Assembly: GCF_006345805.1 (NCBI RefSeq) | Contig: NC_042997.1 | Location: forward strand, 72,664,001 to 72,728,000 | Source: Octopus sinensis | Taxonomy: Eukaryota | Length of the DNA stretch: 64,000 nt | Direction of reading: 5' to 3' | In this document: positions 63,300-64,000 of the stretch, one piece after another | Layout of the letters: each line of letters starts with the position of its first letter | How positions within the stretch are numbered: the first letter of the stretch is position 1 | Notes under the pieces: generated by a model | The model's database searches: none | Told to the model about the DNA's origin: nothing | The model's input: the letters and a program-made list of their open reading frames with translations, nothing else | Program-made: the position numbers and the translations under genes

Positions 63300-64000
63300 T
63301 GCCTTGTAGTTGTACAAGTTGACTACAAGTCTCACCCAGAGATCTCAAAAGACAACAAAATAGAAGTTCAGTTTGGTGTTATAACTAGGGTGCTATATTT
63401 TGGGTTTTGCTCAGACTATTGTTCTAGACTCTAGAATCTAGAGGATGTCTGTCAAAACATAAGTAAATTAAAAGTTTGTTTTAAAAGTAATTTGATTATA
63501 AGATGATAATCTGATGTTAAGATGACAGTAAAAAGTGTTTACTATTACGTACATTTCAAAGTAATTTGACACTGTTTATGGATTAGAATGTTTTGGGGAT
63601 TACATAGACAATATTTTTCAATGAGCACTATTTTAAAAATTTGTTCTTCTATTTTTGGATTTCGTGGTATCTGGGACAGGTAGCAATCAGCACCTTTTGC
63701 TATCATTCCTAGGGTACCTTTGACAACAGGTATTGTTTTAGCCTTGAGGTCCTACATTTTGCCAATTTCTATTTCAAGATTTATATACTTGCTCAGTTTT
63801 TTCGGTAGATCTTGACAGATACGTTTATATCGATTGGGACAGTCATATCGATGAGGAGGCATGATTTTTGTCTGGAATCCTTCCATATAATGCCTACTTG
63901 CATCTATCTTTCTGTCGGTTTGACTTGTAAAGTTCCAAAGGAGTGAGATGCGATCATTTTCAAGCACTGGAGTTAGTTTGTATTCCCTCTAGTTTTTTTT
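63300..64000 (-). mobile_element. Diverged LINE family A 3' fragment running off the window end
   Basis: LENDRISLLWNFTSQTDRKIDA; family-A-like 3' UTR. Confidence 0.85.

Overview
Eukaryotic, AT-rich, transposon- and microsatellite-saturated DNA. The SINE, LINE and microsatellite repertoire looks like an octopus (cephalopod) genome; this is inferred from the repeats only. No intact host gene, rRNA, true tRNA gene or CRISPR array can be supported. Most ORFs in the supplied track are microsatellite artefacts or decayed transposon fragments. Positions 1-31 kb hold a complete but mutated 4.37-kb Ty3/Gypsy LTR element inserted into a Helitron relic, several Helitrons, a Tc1 IR/DR transposon, MITEs, Tigger and Penelope relics, tRNA-derived SINEs, and several Penelope-type hammerhead ribozyme motifs, two of them forming a ~390-bp palindrome. 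Positions 31-64 kb are a nest of R4/Dong-like RLE LINEs and a 556-bp non-autonomous partner, nearly all sitting in (TAA)n tracts and often chimeric. Best leads: (1) the Gypsy primer-binding site is complementary to nt 1-12 of the 5' end of tRNA-Phe instead of a tRNA 3' end; (2) the (TAA)n-targeting retroelement community, with repeated terminal modules and inter-family template switches; (3) intact-looking hammerhead ribozymes in an inverted pair. Coordinates were read by eye and may be off by a few bases. Identities come from manual comparison.
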